The notes beneath the pieces were generated by a model. That model made no database searches. It saw nothing but the letters and a program-made list of their open reading frames with translations, and had not been told where the DNA came from. A program made the position numbers and the translations under genes. From Phoronis australis (taxonomy: Eukaryota; Animalia; Phoronida), in contig NMRA01000103.1 of NCBI GenBank assembly GCA_002633005.1, positions 220,690 to 284,689 on the forward strand: DNA of 64,000 nucleotides, written 5' to 3'. Of the stretch, positions 36,001-47,285 are shown piece by piece. Positions within the stretch are counted from its first letter, which is position 1. Each line of letters opens with the position of its first letter.

Positions 36001-37537
36001 CTGTGCGACGGCGAATTGTTCTCGACATGTCCAAACCTAATTTCTTCTAACTGAGTTTTAAGACACCAGAAGAGTTTTTTCGAGCGTAAAACCATTCAGT
36101 AGTATGCATCTACGATAAAATGTCTTACCTACACTGTAGCCGCGTCCACCACTCACTTAAATCATAGCCAAGTGCACGCCGCATTTGAACCGTTTAGTGT
36201 ATTTTTGAGGCCAATAATCCTCAGTCGTAGCCACTTTTTATTGGTTGATACTTGAAACATTTGTTGTATTTAGGGAACATACCTTTTTGTCCAATCGTAT
36301 CCTTCTTGCCTTGAATTTCAGGTTAACGATTGGACATTTTCTCGGCGCTATATCTTAACTGAGCGGAAATGACTGACTACTAAGTGAAGTTTACCCGCTT
36401 ATCACCCGAACGAGAGGCTGCAAGCACTGAGCATATTCCAAAACGCACAGGCTTATATGAACATTTATTGTATGTATTAGCTGCGTGCTAAACTAGTAGA
36501 TCGTGCTTCAACGCTAACATCATGATATTTTATGAGATTGTCTTATTTTGACTCATTGGTTGAGATGTCGTGTGTGGGCTCTGAATACCAGAATAGACGT
36601 GGAAGTCCAAGTTCGTTAGATGAAGTTCAAGATTGCAGCACGGAAACTAAAGTATATTGTACTTGACGAGCGCGTAATATACCGCTCCATTGTCATTTTA
36701 ACTTACGTTGAAGTTGGTCATGTTTGACCTGCCGAACCATCAATAAATGCAACATTAATGGCCACTAGGTGGAGTAGTGACCGCTGGTCCAAAAAACGCT
36801 GGTCTCCTGACCTATATAGTCTCCTTGATTCTAATCTTCTAATTCTCAAGTCAATTCTACTGTCAAGGAGGGGCATCCACCCAGTAAATGACATGGTTAT
36901 AAGCCAACGAATTACGCATTCAAGTCTATCAACAATAGACAAGGATGAGTACAAGTTGTCCAGGTTTGGAACCAGCTTCATCACCGCCCACCAGGCGGCC
37001 ATTCATTGGCTTCTGACGATAGCTGCTGTAAGTAGCCGAAATAATTAAGGTAATCAAATCTACTCCTTGACTACAAAAAAAAAAAATATTTAGCGTATCT
37101 GCTCTGCTGACCTCCTGAACTCATTCAGTGTTGCATTTAAAGTCACGGTGATTTTGTCACTCATTGAAAAAGGAATGTTAGAATTTTCTGAAAGATCAGT
37201 ACTACACCATACGTTTGTCATTGGGTTTCAAGAACTGTGAAATTACCTCGTTGGGAAGACACTGTGCAGTGGTATTCTGACAGGCTTTAGGATCGCCGCT
37301 GGCTGGACACACGTAGCAGTTCGGAAATGTCAAGTTAGATTTGCCCTTTAACACCTCTGTTAATGTCAATATTTTCTTTCTCTGTAAATTTGGTGGTGGT
37401 TTCTGCTTTTTCCCAGTGGCGTAATCAGTGGAGACTCCAAGAACAAGCAGGACAGTCACAACTGGAAGACATGATGGGAAATGGTGCACGTGACTAAACA
37501 AAGCCTCACCTAGCGTCGTCTTTGAACATCCTTGCAT
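23869..37537 (-). CDS. Secreted mosaic protein: LU (Ly6/uPAR three-finger) domain - split TSP1 repeat with basic/His-rich insert - mucin PT tract - LU domain; join of 37247..37537, 35341..35409, 33578..33698, 30386..30493, 29426..29581, 26736..27536, 25676..25811, 23869..24058 (about 623 aa)
   Basis: Eight GT-AG-bounded exons with compatible phases (0,0,1,1,1,1,2) give one open frame with two CYxC...CCxxxxCN domains and a WSDWSTCSATCGHGTQTRTRKC TSP1 motif. The N-terminus and possible extra cassette exons are uncertain. Confidence 0.8.
24145..24358. repeat. Degenerate (GAT)n low-complexity tract, intronic
   Basis: gatggcgataat...ggtgatgac...tgatgatgacggatgat. Confidence 0.6.
24570..24865 (+). 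repeat. Dispersed repeat, copy 2 (in last intron of the LU gene)
   Basis: Direct similarity to 19040-19340. Confidence 0.75.
25676..25811 (-). CDS. LU/TSP1/mucin gene exon: first half of LU domain 2
   Basis: ttttctgtctgcag|(G)FSCYTCDPKDDGSCDEKLEACSADKNYCLNTLFSVPGGKQAIRK(R)|gtaatg, phase 1-2. Confidence 0.88.
26736..27536 (-). CDS. LU/TSP1/mucin gene exon: His-rich repeats, C-terminal TSP1 strand (DSRVCLNLAPCP) and Pro/Thr mucin tract
   Basis: Part of ORF 26695..27642; acceptor tctttgattttag|, donor GCCG|GTAATT, 801 nt, phase 1-1. Confidence 0.88.
26745..27265 (-). repeat. Coding 30-bp minisatellite (PTTPEPTTLK, about 17 units)
   Basis: Directly visible ggttcgggtgtcgttggtttcaatgttgtt-type units. 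Confidence 0.95.
27376..27463 (-). repeat. Coding 24-bp repeat (KHGSHSHH, about 3.5 units)
   Basis: Repeated tgccatgtttatggtgactgtggc-like units. Confidence 0.85.
28369..28530. mobile_element. Palindromic (fold-back) MITE in intron
   Basis: aagtgatatcccac...cattattccgcgta-cgacc ... ggtcga-tacgcgaaataatg...gtgggatattactt hairpin core at 28403-28496. Confidence 0.65.
28987..29052 (-). CDS. Possible cassette exon of the LU/TSP1/mucin gene (AVPVAGVGIHRKHQSFVATDPR)
   Basis: acattcag| ... G|GTAACT, 66 nt, phase 1-1; weak pyrimidine tract. Confidence 0.25.
29426..29581 (-). CDS. LU/TSP1/mucin gene exon: basic, probably helical insert
   Basis: tctttttacttag|(G)KPSKVKSHLGSKELPGLMKEERDLINVLNRGMKASTERKLRELRRKILKGY-|gtgaga, 156 nt, phase 1-1, within ORF 29163..29651. 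Confidence 0.65.
30201..30272 (-). CDS. Possible cassette exon of the LU/TSP1/mucin gene (VFSPGRVLAGPFLPINPRQANLFG)
   Basis: Strong acceptor ttttttttctatag|, 72 nt, phase 1-1, moderate donor G|GTGCGA; no domain signature. Confidence 0.35.
30386..30493 (-). CDS. LU/TSP1/mucin gene exon: N-terminal part of thrombospondin type-1 repeat
   Basis: tttttttacag|(E)PCGKWSDWSTCSATCGHGTQTRTRKCSVKSTSNGR-|gtaaca, 108 nt, phase 1-1. Confidence 0.85.
31065..31625. repeat. Degenerate (GAT)n low-complexity tract, intronic
   Basis: gatgat/gacgat/ggtgat runs interrupted by stops in all frames. Confidence 0.8.
33257..33405 (+). mobile_element. MITE (TIR cgttcagtaa(c/g)gctaggacct), copy 1
   Basis: Internal TIRs; inverted second copy at 38978-39130. 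Confidence 0.75.
33578..33698 (-). CDS. LU/TSP1/mucin gene exon: end of LU domain 1
   Basis: tgtttctacag|TCLNRENNNPDECSVGRLGSRCNYCCRDDLCNVNSGTVLS-|gtgagc; diagnostic CCxxDLCN. Confidence 0.88.
34198..34506. mobile_element. MITE with ~32-bp TIR and an internal direct duplication
   Basis: ttacatgttctcagtcgttatctcccttatct ... agataagggagtaacgtctgggaacatgtaa; gagccc-agtggattttg...aattatcgcc occurs twice. Confidence 0.7.
34794..34919 (-). mobile_element. tRNA-derived SINE remnant
   Basis: Minus strand reads gtgacttagtatgataag (A-box-like) ... ggtcgtgtgttcgagttcccggc (B-box GTTCGA); no intact cloverleaf. Confidence 0.5.
35341..35409 (-). CDS. LU/TSP1/mucin gene exon: middle of LU domain 1
   Basis: ttctttcctgcag|VCSAQYDLVNGNVVTTKGCSNIL|gtaaat, 69 nt, phase 0-0; KGC motif typical of LU domains. 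Confidence 0.85.
37247..37537 (-). CDS. LU/TSP1/mucin gene exon: signal-peptide-like hydrophobic stretch and start of LU domain 1
   Basis: LPVVTVLLVLGVS hydrophobic core, then CYVCPASGDPKACQNTTAQCLPNE; donor GAG|GTAATT. The exon may instead start at the acceptor at 37461. Confidence 0.75.
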
Positions 37538-38977
37538 TGGATCTTGTTTCGGAGTGGAACACTTTGTTTAGGTTTTGTAATACGGCGAATTGTGTCCCTA
37601 ATCACACGTGATGAAACTAGCGATAAATTGTTGTATTTCAGTTTAAAATTTACGGTTTCGGATTAACCCGTAATTAGGTATAAAGCGATATGCGTGCGCA
37701 AACCAAGCTCACAAATAATGTGACTAGTAGAATATGTCAAAGAAAATAATTCAAGTTCTGTCTGAAATAAGCCGACTTATACTTGGCTAGTTCCTGACGA
37801 GTGTAACTATGTCCTAGGTTGAGTTTATTGGCGGTCTCGTTATGTTGTCAATGTTGCTCTGTACTACTGATTCGATGGTGAACCTCCGTATGCAAGCAAA
37901 CACTCACTTAACACATTGAGCCGGAGTCACACTCCGTGGGATCTGAGTGAGATGAGCTCATACAGGCAATGGTCATGATTACACACTAGGAATTTCAGTG
38001 TTATTGTCACCAAATTTACGTAACCGATAATCCACACAATATTCAGCATGATGCCTTATCAATGCCCAACTTATCAAAACTTCATATATTAGTCCATGGC
38101 CTTATATGTCGGGGTCGCTGACTTGGGATGAACAAACCTTTAAATTCGAATACAAATTTCACGACACTGACCTGCTGTGTTTTTGCACCGTTACTCATTC
38201 AATATTATCATATTACAACATATTAACATCGAAGGTCTATTAAATTGTTAAAATTTTGACTAGCAGCAATGTGGAAAAATGATGACTAACCGATAAACTG
38301 TGAGGCCTTATTCTATTATAAGCTTACAGTCTTCTGTACGTGATGGTTGTATTTTGAAATGTTCAAGTTTACAAAATACAATGTACACCGTTTCGTCATA
38401 CCAGGTTTCATGGTGGCAGGGTGTCGTAGCTTGGAAAACTAATAGATTTGTTTACAGAGTTAAAACTCGGTGAAAGTATATATTTTATGAAAATAGACAG
38501 ACTGTAGAACTTATGTTTGACCAAGTATAGTTAGTAAAACTTACCAAAAACTAAGGCCTATTCAGAGCAAGAAACTAAAACCATAACACGACCAACTTTT
38601 GTTTGATATGAATGTTCAAGATAGAATTCCAACAACTCTGTTACGCCATATAAATCATCATTTCGTTTTTGTTTGATGCAACTTTTGATGTCTTTCATAA
38701 AAATAATAAAAGTTGTATTGTTGATAATCGCTCATGCAAAAGTGGAGACGTTTAAAAACAAATCCTAACACCGTTTTGGGACCAGCGCATGAAGTCATTT
38801 TTGAGGTGAGATAGACATATTTGGTCTCTTTTGAGGGTCCTACATAACCGTAATGACGTTTTTATCAATATTATGGCCATTGCGGAGAGGTCAGAGCTCG
38901 TACCCTACTCTTACAAAGGAAATTGACATGGTTGCAAGTATGGTTTGAAACATTCCCTCAGTAGTGACAGGCACGGG

Positions 38978-39130
38978 CCAGGCGTGCGTTCAGTAACGCT
39001 AGGACCTTCGCTAGCACCTAGCTAAAATCTAGTCAAAATCACGTGTTATCATTTGAAATACACTACAATGTCCCACCTGATCTCGCGAAGTGTTGCTTTT
39101 TAGCGAGGTCCTAGTATAACTGAACAGGAG
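38978..39130 (-). mobile_element. MITE (TIR cgttcagtaacgctaggacct), copy 2, opposite orientation
   Basis: Reverse complement of 33257-33405 (cctagctaaaatctag, tttttagcgaggtcctag). Confidence 0.75.
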
Positions 39131-39435
39131 GCAGGTCTCGTAGATTGGTGTATGACCCGTCACAACAACGGGATGAATAGATTCTACGATAACTGCAAGA
39201 CCTTCGAAGTGCACTCACCTTGTTGGAAAAACGTCAATAAAAATCCAGTTCTCCTTTTTTATGAACCAAGGTGAAAGGGATCAACTGAAGGTTTTCGCAT
39301 TGCAAATATTTGAGATAAAATGGTCACCAGCCAGAAAATGATGGGACACGCCTTATGTTATCTTATCGTTATCGATGAAAATTTTGCTATTAGTCATAGC
39401 AGCCACAGACGTGAGGCCGTTTTCCGTAAATAGAG

Positions 39436-39581
39436 AATCCTACACGAGTCTCGGGTTTATGACATGGGCAAAACCTCTTACAAATATCTTCAAAATCCCG
39501 AGGATTGTCGATGGATTTTGACGAAATTTCCAAGAGGTTTTGCCCATGTCATAAATCTGAGTTGAGTGTACATGTAGGATT
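39436..39581. mobile_element. Palindromic MITE
   Basis: tttatgacatgggcaaaacctctt ... aagaggttttgcccatgtcataaa perfect 24-bp inverted pair, extending imperfectly outward. Confidence 0.75.
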
Positions 39582-41962
39582 TGTTTTCTCACATGGACCG
39601 TAAAAACGATCTTTTTTGCCTTACTTTTGTTAATAGTTTTATTTTAAGCTTAGCAATTGTAAATTACATTCAGCTTTCGTAGCACATATTCAAGTTAAAA
39701 TGTAATAATTAGTCTTTGAAGTTGTCCTATATTAAAACATAAAAATGTTGATAAATAGCGGTCAGCAAGGCTTCCCCGAGCGGTAGCACTGAACTGGCAT
39801 TGACTGAGACGGCACAGCTAGACAGTCTCGCATCGTTTCTTGAGTTAAAGTTCGTCTCCGTTTGAATGGATATGGAATTCGATGGGTGCGTTTAAGAAGT
39901 TGTTTGCATGTCCTTCCGACTGGGAATACGTACAGTTGCGACACCCGATTTGTCAATCATAACCTTGTCACCTTCTCGGAACTCCGGCATTGTTTGGTTG
40001 GCGCGCGTTTGGTTGTTTTAGTGTTTTGCAGACGATAAAACGTAAGGCGTATGGATTTCTACTTTTCAATACTTAGTGATTCACCCATGTAATATCAAAA
40101 AATTATGTACTCGGTGTTATTGACCAGTCGTATCGTAACACATTCCAGGTCATGTGAGGAAAGAAATAACTTCCTTGAGACCAATTGCAGTTGTGACTCG
40201 TATTAGTGGTAATTTCTTGGCTTGGGAAGAGCTGTGTCTTAATAATTACTTGAGATCATTTTTGCTCGGCCTCAAGCAATATTGAGCTGTTTGGCTCGCC
40301 GGCTACCATGTTTTTCCCCGTTAGAAACTTCATAAACTACACATACATGTACAAGAAAAGTGAACTGTTGTGGTCCTCCTAACAATAGTATTGACATAGG
40401 CCTACAACATATAGTTAAACTGCAATTAATCAAGTCAATGGAAGAAACGTGAACTAATGAGTAAACAACCATTGGTAATCGACAGTTACGTATTGCCTGT
40501 AACAAACTAATTTCCCTGCGACGGGTGAAAAGTACTTATTGAGCTCTCATCTACTTTGCTTAGATGACAAAATTATGATATTAGTTGAAAAAACTGTGAA
40601 GATTAATTATTGAATTTTCAACATGCCTGTCGTCATCTAAACAGGCAATGCGTAATAAGCAATTCAAACCTGCAAATCCGAATTTGGAACGCAACATCAT
40701 CGTCGTTTATTGGCGTCTCACAAGGAACAAACCTAGACAGCTCACTTTATTTATACCAGAAGGTCGCCTTAACGACAAGTTTAATAATATATCCCCGATT
40801 CTTAAATACTGTATTGTTTTAATGATAAATTTCATTGCCTCCTGTCGAGGGGCTTGTCCATAGTAACAAGATAGTGAACGTCTTCATTAGACCGTTATCT
40901 GTTAATACCTTTGACTGGGAGGCTTTATTAGTTCTACAAATCGTCTACCGTAATTCCTGCCGTCCGAGGTCGTACGTGCATCGGGGCTCCAAGGTCCAAA
41001 ATATCGCTAACAGTTTATCCTATAAATGATTTTTTTTTAATCACGAATTAGAATCCCAATTGCCAGTGTAAACATATCACGTGACATACACCTAGTTTGC
41101 AGCCACATCGACAGGAACGAATCTGTTAAAATGTCATTCATTTATGTCGCGGGGTTAAAATACTACGCGGTGGAAAAAGATGAGCCGGCAACGGTCGACC
41201 GGCGGTTGCACAAATAGTAACAGCCGACAACACAAAACAAAAGGGAAATATAATCAGATATGACAGAGGTTGAAAAAAACGTCCCGAATTTCAATGCCAT
41301 CGTTTTGCAAAAGTCAGAGGACTTATACTAACAAATAATACATGCCCATTGTGTACTTGACTTAATATTTAAGGTAACCGAGCAATAATGCTTCTCTTTA
41401 TCACCGATCGAAACCGCTGCGTTAGCTTTTGTTGCGTGAGGTTTCTTCATTTCTTGTACAAATTGAAGAAATGGTTGTGAACTTGGACTGGGTCGCCTAG
41501 CTTGAAAACTAAGTGTGAGCATGCACTGTAAACGAGTGCCTCAAAAAATTAAAACCTTTGGGATCATGATATTACTTCACAAACTACAGACGAGCGGATG
41601 GAAAAAGCGCTAATTTGAGCAAAATTTTGAAAATGTGACTTTATAAAACGCTAGTTTTCCGCTAATAACAAAATAAATATGAGAGTTGGCGAAAGCAGAT
41701 GCAACTAATTAATTACGACTTTCTTCGAAACCTGCCACATGCAAAATATTTCTTTTGAGGACTTAAATCTTCGGTTGAAACGCAGTGTTCTTTTATCCGT
41801 ACGCGTCGTCAGGCAACGTCTTGCATTACTTGACGTTTGCGAAGTTAGGATCCGAATGAAGTCAACGAAGTATCATTACATGCATAAAAATTTCTTTGTA
41901 TATGTATTATATGTAGTTGAAATAACGAGTGAAGTCGTGCAATAACTTTACGCCTGGTCACA

Positions 41963-42859
41963 CATAGGCGGATTTAGGGGGGGCCCAGGGGGCCCGCCCC
42001 CCCCCCCCNNNNNNNNNNNNNNNNNNNNNNNNNNNNNNNNNNNNNNNNNNNNNNNNNNNNNNNNNGGGGGGGGGGGGGGCTCAGATCCAATTTCAAGTGT
42101 CAAATTCGTAACACGGCGAAATCGTAACGGAACTATGGCTAAGTATAGTAGGCTCTCCCGCGATATCCCAGGCGACCGGCAGTGGCGCTGGGCACTACAA
42201 CTCCGTTTCCGTCGTCTGCTCCAATGTTTAATGAAGAAAATTACTTCATTTTTTAAAGAAAATGGAATCTGAGGGATGATGAAAAAAACAGAAGCTGCTA
42301 GTAAGATGTCAATTTTAATCGAAGCCTCAGTGAATCACTCTTTATCATTACCAAAGCAATTGCGTCATTATTGCCAACACAAAAGACGGATTTGGTCTTT
42401 TGGGCAATTGAAAACTATTTTAAATACAACAAATTTGTTACGAACTGCTATCACAAAATATAAAACATGTAATAAGCATAACAAAAGGAAGGAGGTTTCG
42501 CGCGCAAACGCTGTAGGTCTCTTAGTGTTAAATTAGGATTTAAATCGTGGTGGTGGAGTGGTAAAGCACGCGCGCTCCAACCGACAGGTCGTGTGGAACT
42601 TACAGTTATTCCTGTGTGACACTTTCTCAGAGTTTTGTTTTTTCTTACCTTTTTTTCTTGGATAATACTTCGGGAATCAAGGAAAATGCTTGATTTTTAG
42701 AGGAAAACCAGAAAAATTTCCTGGGCGGGAGATCCGAGCAAACCCCCCTCCCGGCCTCCCCCCATTCGGTGCCATGCGCATCTACAATTGTGCTTTGAGC
42801 AAATGTTTACAGACAAAATGTTGCCCCCCCCCCCTTGTGATATCCTAGATCCGCCACTG
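41963..42859. mobile_element. MITE/non-autonomous DNA transposon with G/C tracts (spans an N gap)
   Basis: Ends cataggcggatttagg / cctagatccgccactg; TCACA on both flanks (41958-41962, 42860-42864). Confidence 0.65.
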
Positions 42860-44330
42860 TCACACTACAATTCAAGCTTGTTGTCGCGAAACTGATTAAG
42901 CTCACAAGAAGTGACGTTTGCCGAATGAGCTGATGACGATGCACACATGTATGTGTAAGCCAACTGTTACGTATTTAGAGAAATAGTTCACACGCGTACC
43001 CCAAAAGTATTAGACTAGATTAGAGCTACTGATAGTGTCCACTTGTTAGAACTACATGTAAAAACGTATTTTTGTAACTTGTTTGAATAGATGCTAGCGC
43101 AGTTACTCGGAAATTACCCCGCTATAATTTTTACCGCTGAATAACTGGGATTATCAGCCTTTAAGAGAATCAAAAAACTCGTTGCACGTTATTTTTAAAC
43201 CCGCTTAAAAATTACTTCGATTAAAGAGATGTGAAAAATTGGATCCTTTGTAGACGCATTAACATCGCCCTGCGGGTTGTAGTTGATTATTTAACCCTGG
43301 CACCTGAGCGGCACGTCCGATATTAAACTCGGGTACACCTGCACCTTCTTGAAGTATCCCTGGGGTTAATGTTAGTGTGTGTAAACACCAAAAGTATTCT
43401 GCTCATAGGTATTCTAATACAGTTTTCGTATGTGCTCATACTGTACGTGCAACATCAAGACCCTCGTGACGTTGCCAATGTCGAGGGGCGCCCTCCACGT
43501 GAATGGTCAATTTTATAACTCAGATTGAGTTCACTCTTAATTTTGACACCTTCAAAAGACTACGACAAGAGCACGTCGTTGGACAATGAAAATCACACGG
43601 TTGCAATAAACTTGACGAAAAAATGCAAATATGTAGGTCTTATTTTTCGGCTGATGCCGGCAGGCATTATGGATGTAAACCGATTCCGTTTCAAAAGTTT
43701 AGCAGTCTTTAAGAAAGACTCTGTTGCGTAAAATACGAGGAGTAAGATTGTCAAAATTTTTTCGCTGAATGAACAAACAAATTTTCATCATTTGCTCTTC
43801 TCGTAGTAGCAAAAAACTTGCCTTATTTACTTGCATAACAGGCAGTGCAAGGATAATTTTAGGAGCGCTCTCCTCGTGAATGGCGCATGGATCATTTCAT
43901 TGACGCACTGTGATTGCTAAACTCGGGTCAACGGGCCCATTAAAATTGGAAGCGGAAAAGGTCAAAAATAGCATGGCCCACTGGTCCTCCATGGTTTTAA
44001 GTCGCGTGGGTTAATTCACCAATACCCATGTTTTTCGAAGAGGATCTCTGCAAGTGGTTACCAGTTTGTTGCCAGTGTACGTGTGCACAAATTTGGCCTA
44101 TCGACGGTAGATGTCACTATTTACTATGACCGTGCTTCAACGGCAGAGTTAATTTTAAGGGCGCGTCACTGGGGCATAAAAATTATAACTAGACCCTACG
44201 CCGGGAGCAATAAAACTGTTACAATTTCGCCTAATTTTGTCTTGACGCATTGCATTCTGAATGTAATACAACTGTAATGCGGGAGAGTAGCTGACCAACC
44301 AGAAATTTTATCAACTAGCTCGCCGGAACC

Positions 44331-44898
44331 CGTTCCAAGAAAACTGACTTAGCTAAGACAGATCTTAACTTTCAATCAATTTTAAGATAAAACTTAAATT
44401 TGCCTCAAGACCGTTTCAAAAAGATTAAAAAACGGACGATCGCCGCACAAATACTGCACGTTAAATAGTCATTAGCCATTCAGCCAGCATGCCACTGATC
44501 ATCTCTGAATAACATGCAGAGCTCAGTGACCCTGTAACTATGGTGATGACCAGCTAATTACTATTCCCTGAATCTCTTACTTTACTTTATGGATATTACC
44601 TGAGCTGTATGTTGGCACTTGCTGTCTTTTGTATATAATTATCCTGATGATGTCTAATGAATAGACGAAACGTTGAATTAACATGAACTTTTTTATTTGT
44701 GCGGCGAGGAACGGTCCGCTTTTTAGTCTTACTTTGGACAAAAACTGATGTAATTTCAAAAAAGTTCGACTTAAGTTTTTGACTTAAGGTTTTTCTTAGT
44801 AATGACTATCTTACCAGATGAGGAAGTTTCAAAGATTGGAATTTGAGACAAATCTTAGACTTAAGTCAAAAATGAACTTAAGTCAGTTTCTTGAAACG
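44331..44898. mobile_element. MITE with ~21-bp TIR and gacttaag subterminal motifs
   Basis: cgttccaagaaaactgactta ... taagtcagtttcttgaaacg. Confidence 0.6.
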
Positions 44899-47202
44899 TG
44901 GCCATTGGCTATAAACAGCACATTGGGAAAATGCAGATCCGAACTGTGGATTTGTGAGTTTAGTTAAACTGAAATGCAATTAGCCGTTCAGACCATTGAA
45001 AATCACGTGACCATAGACAACTTAATGATGTCTATGTACTCAGTGAGGTAACAGGCGAAATCACGCATAGTTATTTGTCAACACCCAAAATTCGAAACGA
45101 AAAGGGTCACGTACATATTCGATGAGCGGTACCCATATAGGTCCTCAAATTGGCCCAGAGAATTGAAGCCATGTGGGTCAGTGGACTCATAGTCACGTTC
45201 TTCTAAAATCATCCCTGGACAGGGAGACAATTTGGATTTTTGATAGAATTAACCTTATTTCCTAATGTTCAAGTTTAGGCCGAAACTGGTGGTCGAGTCC
45301 CCTGGTTTGAGGAGTAGGGTCATTTATGATTCCTGTATATTTCCCCCTAAGTCAAGTTCCCTTTTATTGCCTTTTGGCAGTCAACACAAAGCGGTGGCAA
45401 CCTTCTTTGGCCGCGTTAAAAATCCGATGACGCAACTTTGCGAGTTATTCAGAGCACGCCTCTTTAATTCAAGTTGGTCTCGTTAAACGGTAAAACAAGC
45501 TTATAAAGAAAACTATTATGCGTTTAGGTTTCTACCTAATGAGTTAAATGCTGGATTACTACACATTCTTAATATCAAAATAAATCTCTTACATACTATT
45601 GACGCAAGCTTATGCCTGTTATTTTATCGACCAACCTTTATCCATGTTCAACTGTTGCAGAGACAAAGAACGCGGATTGGTCAAGGAAATCTATAGAGGC
45701 TAATCCGTCATCCGTGCTAACGAGTTCTGATGCTTAACTAGCGACAACTACATGCCCAAAGCAAGTGTTGCAGTTCGCACAAAGAGTGATTAAACGCGAG
45801 GCAACATTTGTATGCACTTGACTATAATCGTTGTGACAGAAAGGTTTCATTGTTTGAAAAGTTTTGTTTTCACCGCTTTCAAAAATCTGAGAGTGCTGTT
45901 GACTGCGGACACCATTCTTGACCACAATAACACTATTGCTTTATTAGTTCTAACAATCTCAGTAGAATCCAATAGTTACTCCGTAAATGGGTGCAGTGGT
46001 AATACACTAACTCCACGTATTGACTCGATTTGACTACATCGCTTCCTTCAAGTAAATAAAAGTAGAGAATGTTCTCATTATGCGATTGTCGTTCACGCAG
46101 TGTAATAAACACTTCTTGACGTACATGTAAGACCAAGTTTAAGTGAAATGGTTCGGAGAGATCGCAGTCCGCCACATTACTAGAGGCGCTAAACGTCTGT
46201 TGACCAATAACACAGTATTTTAAGCCCATTTGAGTGTTTTAAAGTAACCGGTTTCGATTTCTGCAAAAAATGGCAGCCAACGGCGAGAAATTATGGCAAT
46301 TTATAATGAAATCGCAGTAACTAAACACAGGCCGGGGATTTTGTTACCCAGCGATAATACAAAAATGTGTTTTTGGCTGTAAAACTGACCATGTCTCTTT
46401 TAGAAAGAACCACGCTGTCAGACAATGGCGGACCTCTTTCAGTAACTGAAGAGAATGATATGCATAAAACACGATCGGTTCCTTTACAGGTCGTGAAGTA
46501 GTCATATTTTGAAATCCTGCTTGTCTTCGTTTGCTGCTGATGCCAGTCTTCACATCATACATGAAAGTCGCAAATTTTCCAGCCATTTGGGGGCACGTAA
46601 TTTTGTCGATCAAATTTGAACTTGCAACTCCATTCAACAATTTCCATGATTCTAATTTCGTGGTAAACGAAGTGTAAAGCAAAGGTGAAATTTAGAAAAC
46701 CAATTTAAAAAGACGTGTTGTGGCCAAATACGTTGTGCCATCGGCAAACGTCTCCGTCAAAACAACCTGGGTGGTGAGCAGGGAACTCTGGCTATAGCGA
46801 GCGGAAGAAATACATTTCATATGCATCTGTTTTGTTTGTCCGTTATCAACAGTTCCGTACTACACGTATCCTAGGCTTAAAATTTATGTCACTGCAACAT
46901 CTTCATATGTAATCTACCTATCTTTGGTCAATGTGGGAGACGGAAACGGCCGGAAGTCCCGCCAATAACGAGGTCTTGCGGCCTACATTTGTATGATGCA
47001 GGCTTTCTAAAATGCGCACCTACCGGGTATAAAGATTCGGTTTCCCAAATCAGCTTTCAGATTTTTCGTTAAACTTAAAAAATATGATTAAGGAAAAGAA
47101 ATTGAGATACGAAAATACAATTTTATTATTCATGTTCACTTATCACTGAGGTGGTCACAAACATTCAACAAAATCAGAATTCGCAAAATTACGTTTCACT
47201 CT

Positions 47203-47285
47203 GCACATACATGCATGTACACATGCACGCACACACACGCGCGCGCGCGCACCCGCACATACACACACATACACACAAATATATA
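47203..47285. repeat. (CA)/(CG) microsatellite
   Basis: cacacacacgcgcgcgcgcgcac...acacacac. Confidence 0.85.

Noticed and set aside
36718-37048. Overlapping ~95-aa ORFs in intron 1 of the LU gene
   Set aside because: No recognisable domain or splice compatibility; possibly a decayed retroelement, but unsupported.
44934-44956. AGATCCGAACT resembling the middle of miR-100/miR-10
   Set aside because: The 5' seed (AACCCGT/ACCCTGT) is absent and there is no convincing precursor hairpin.
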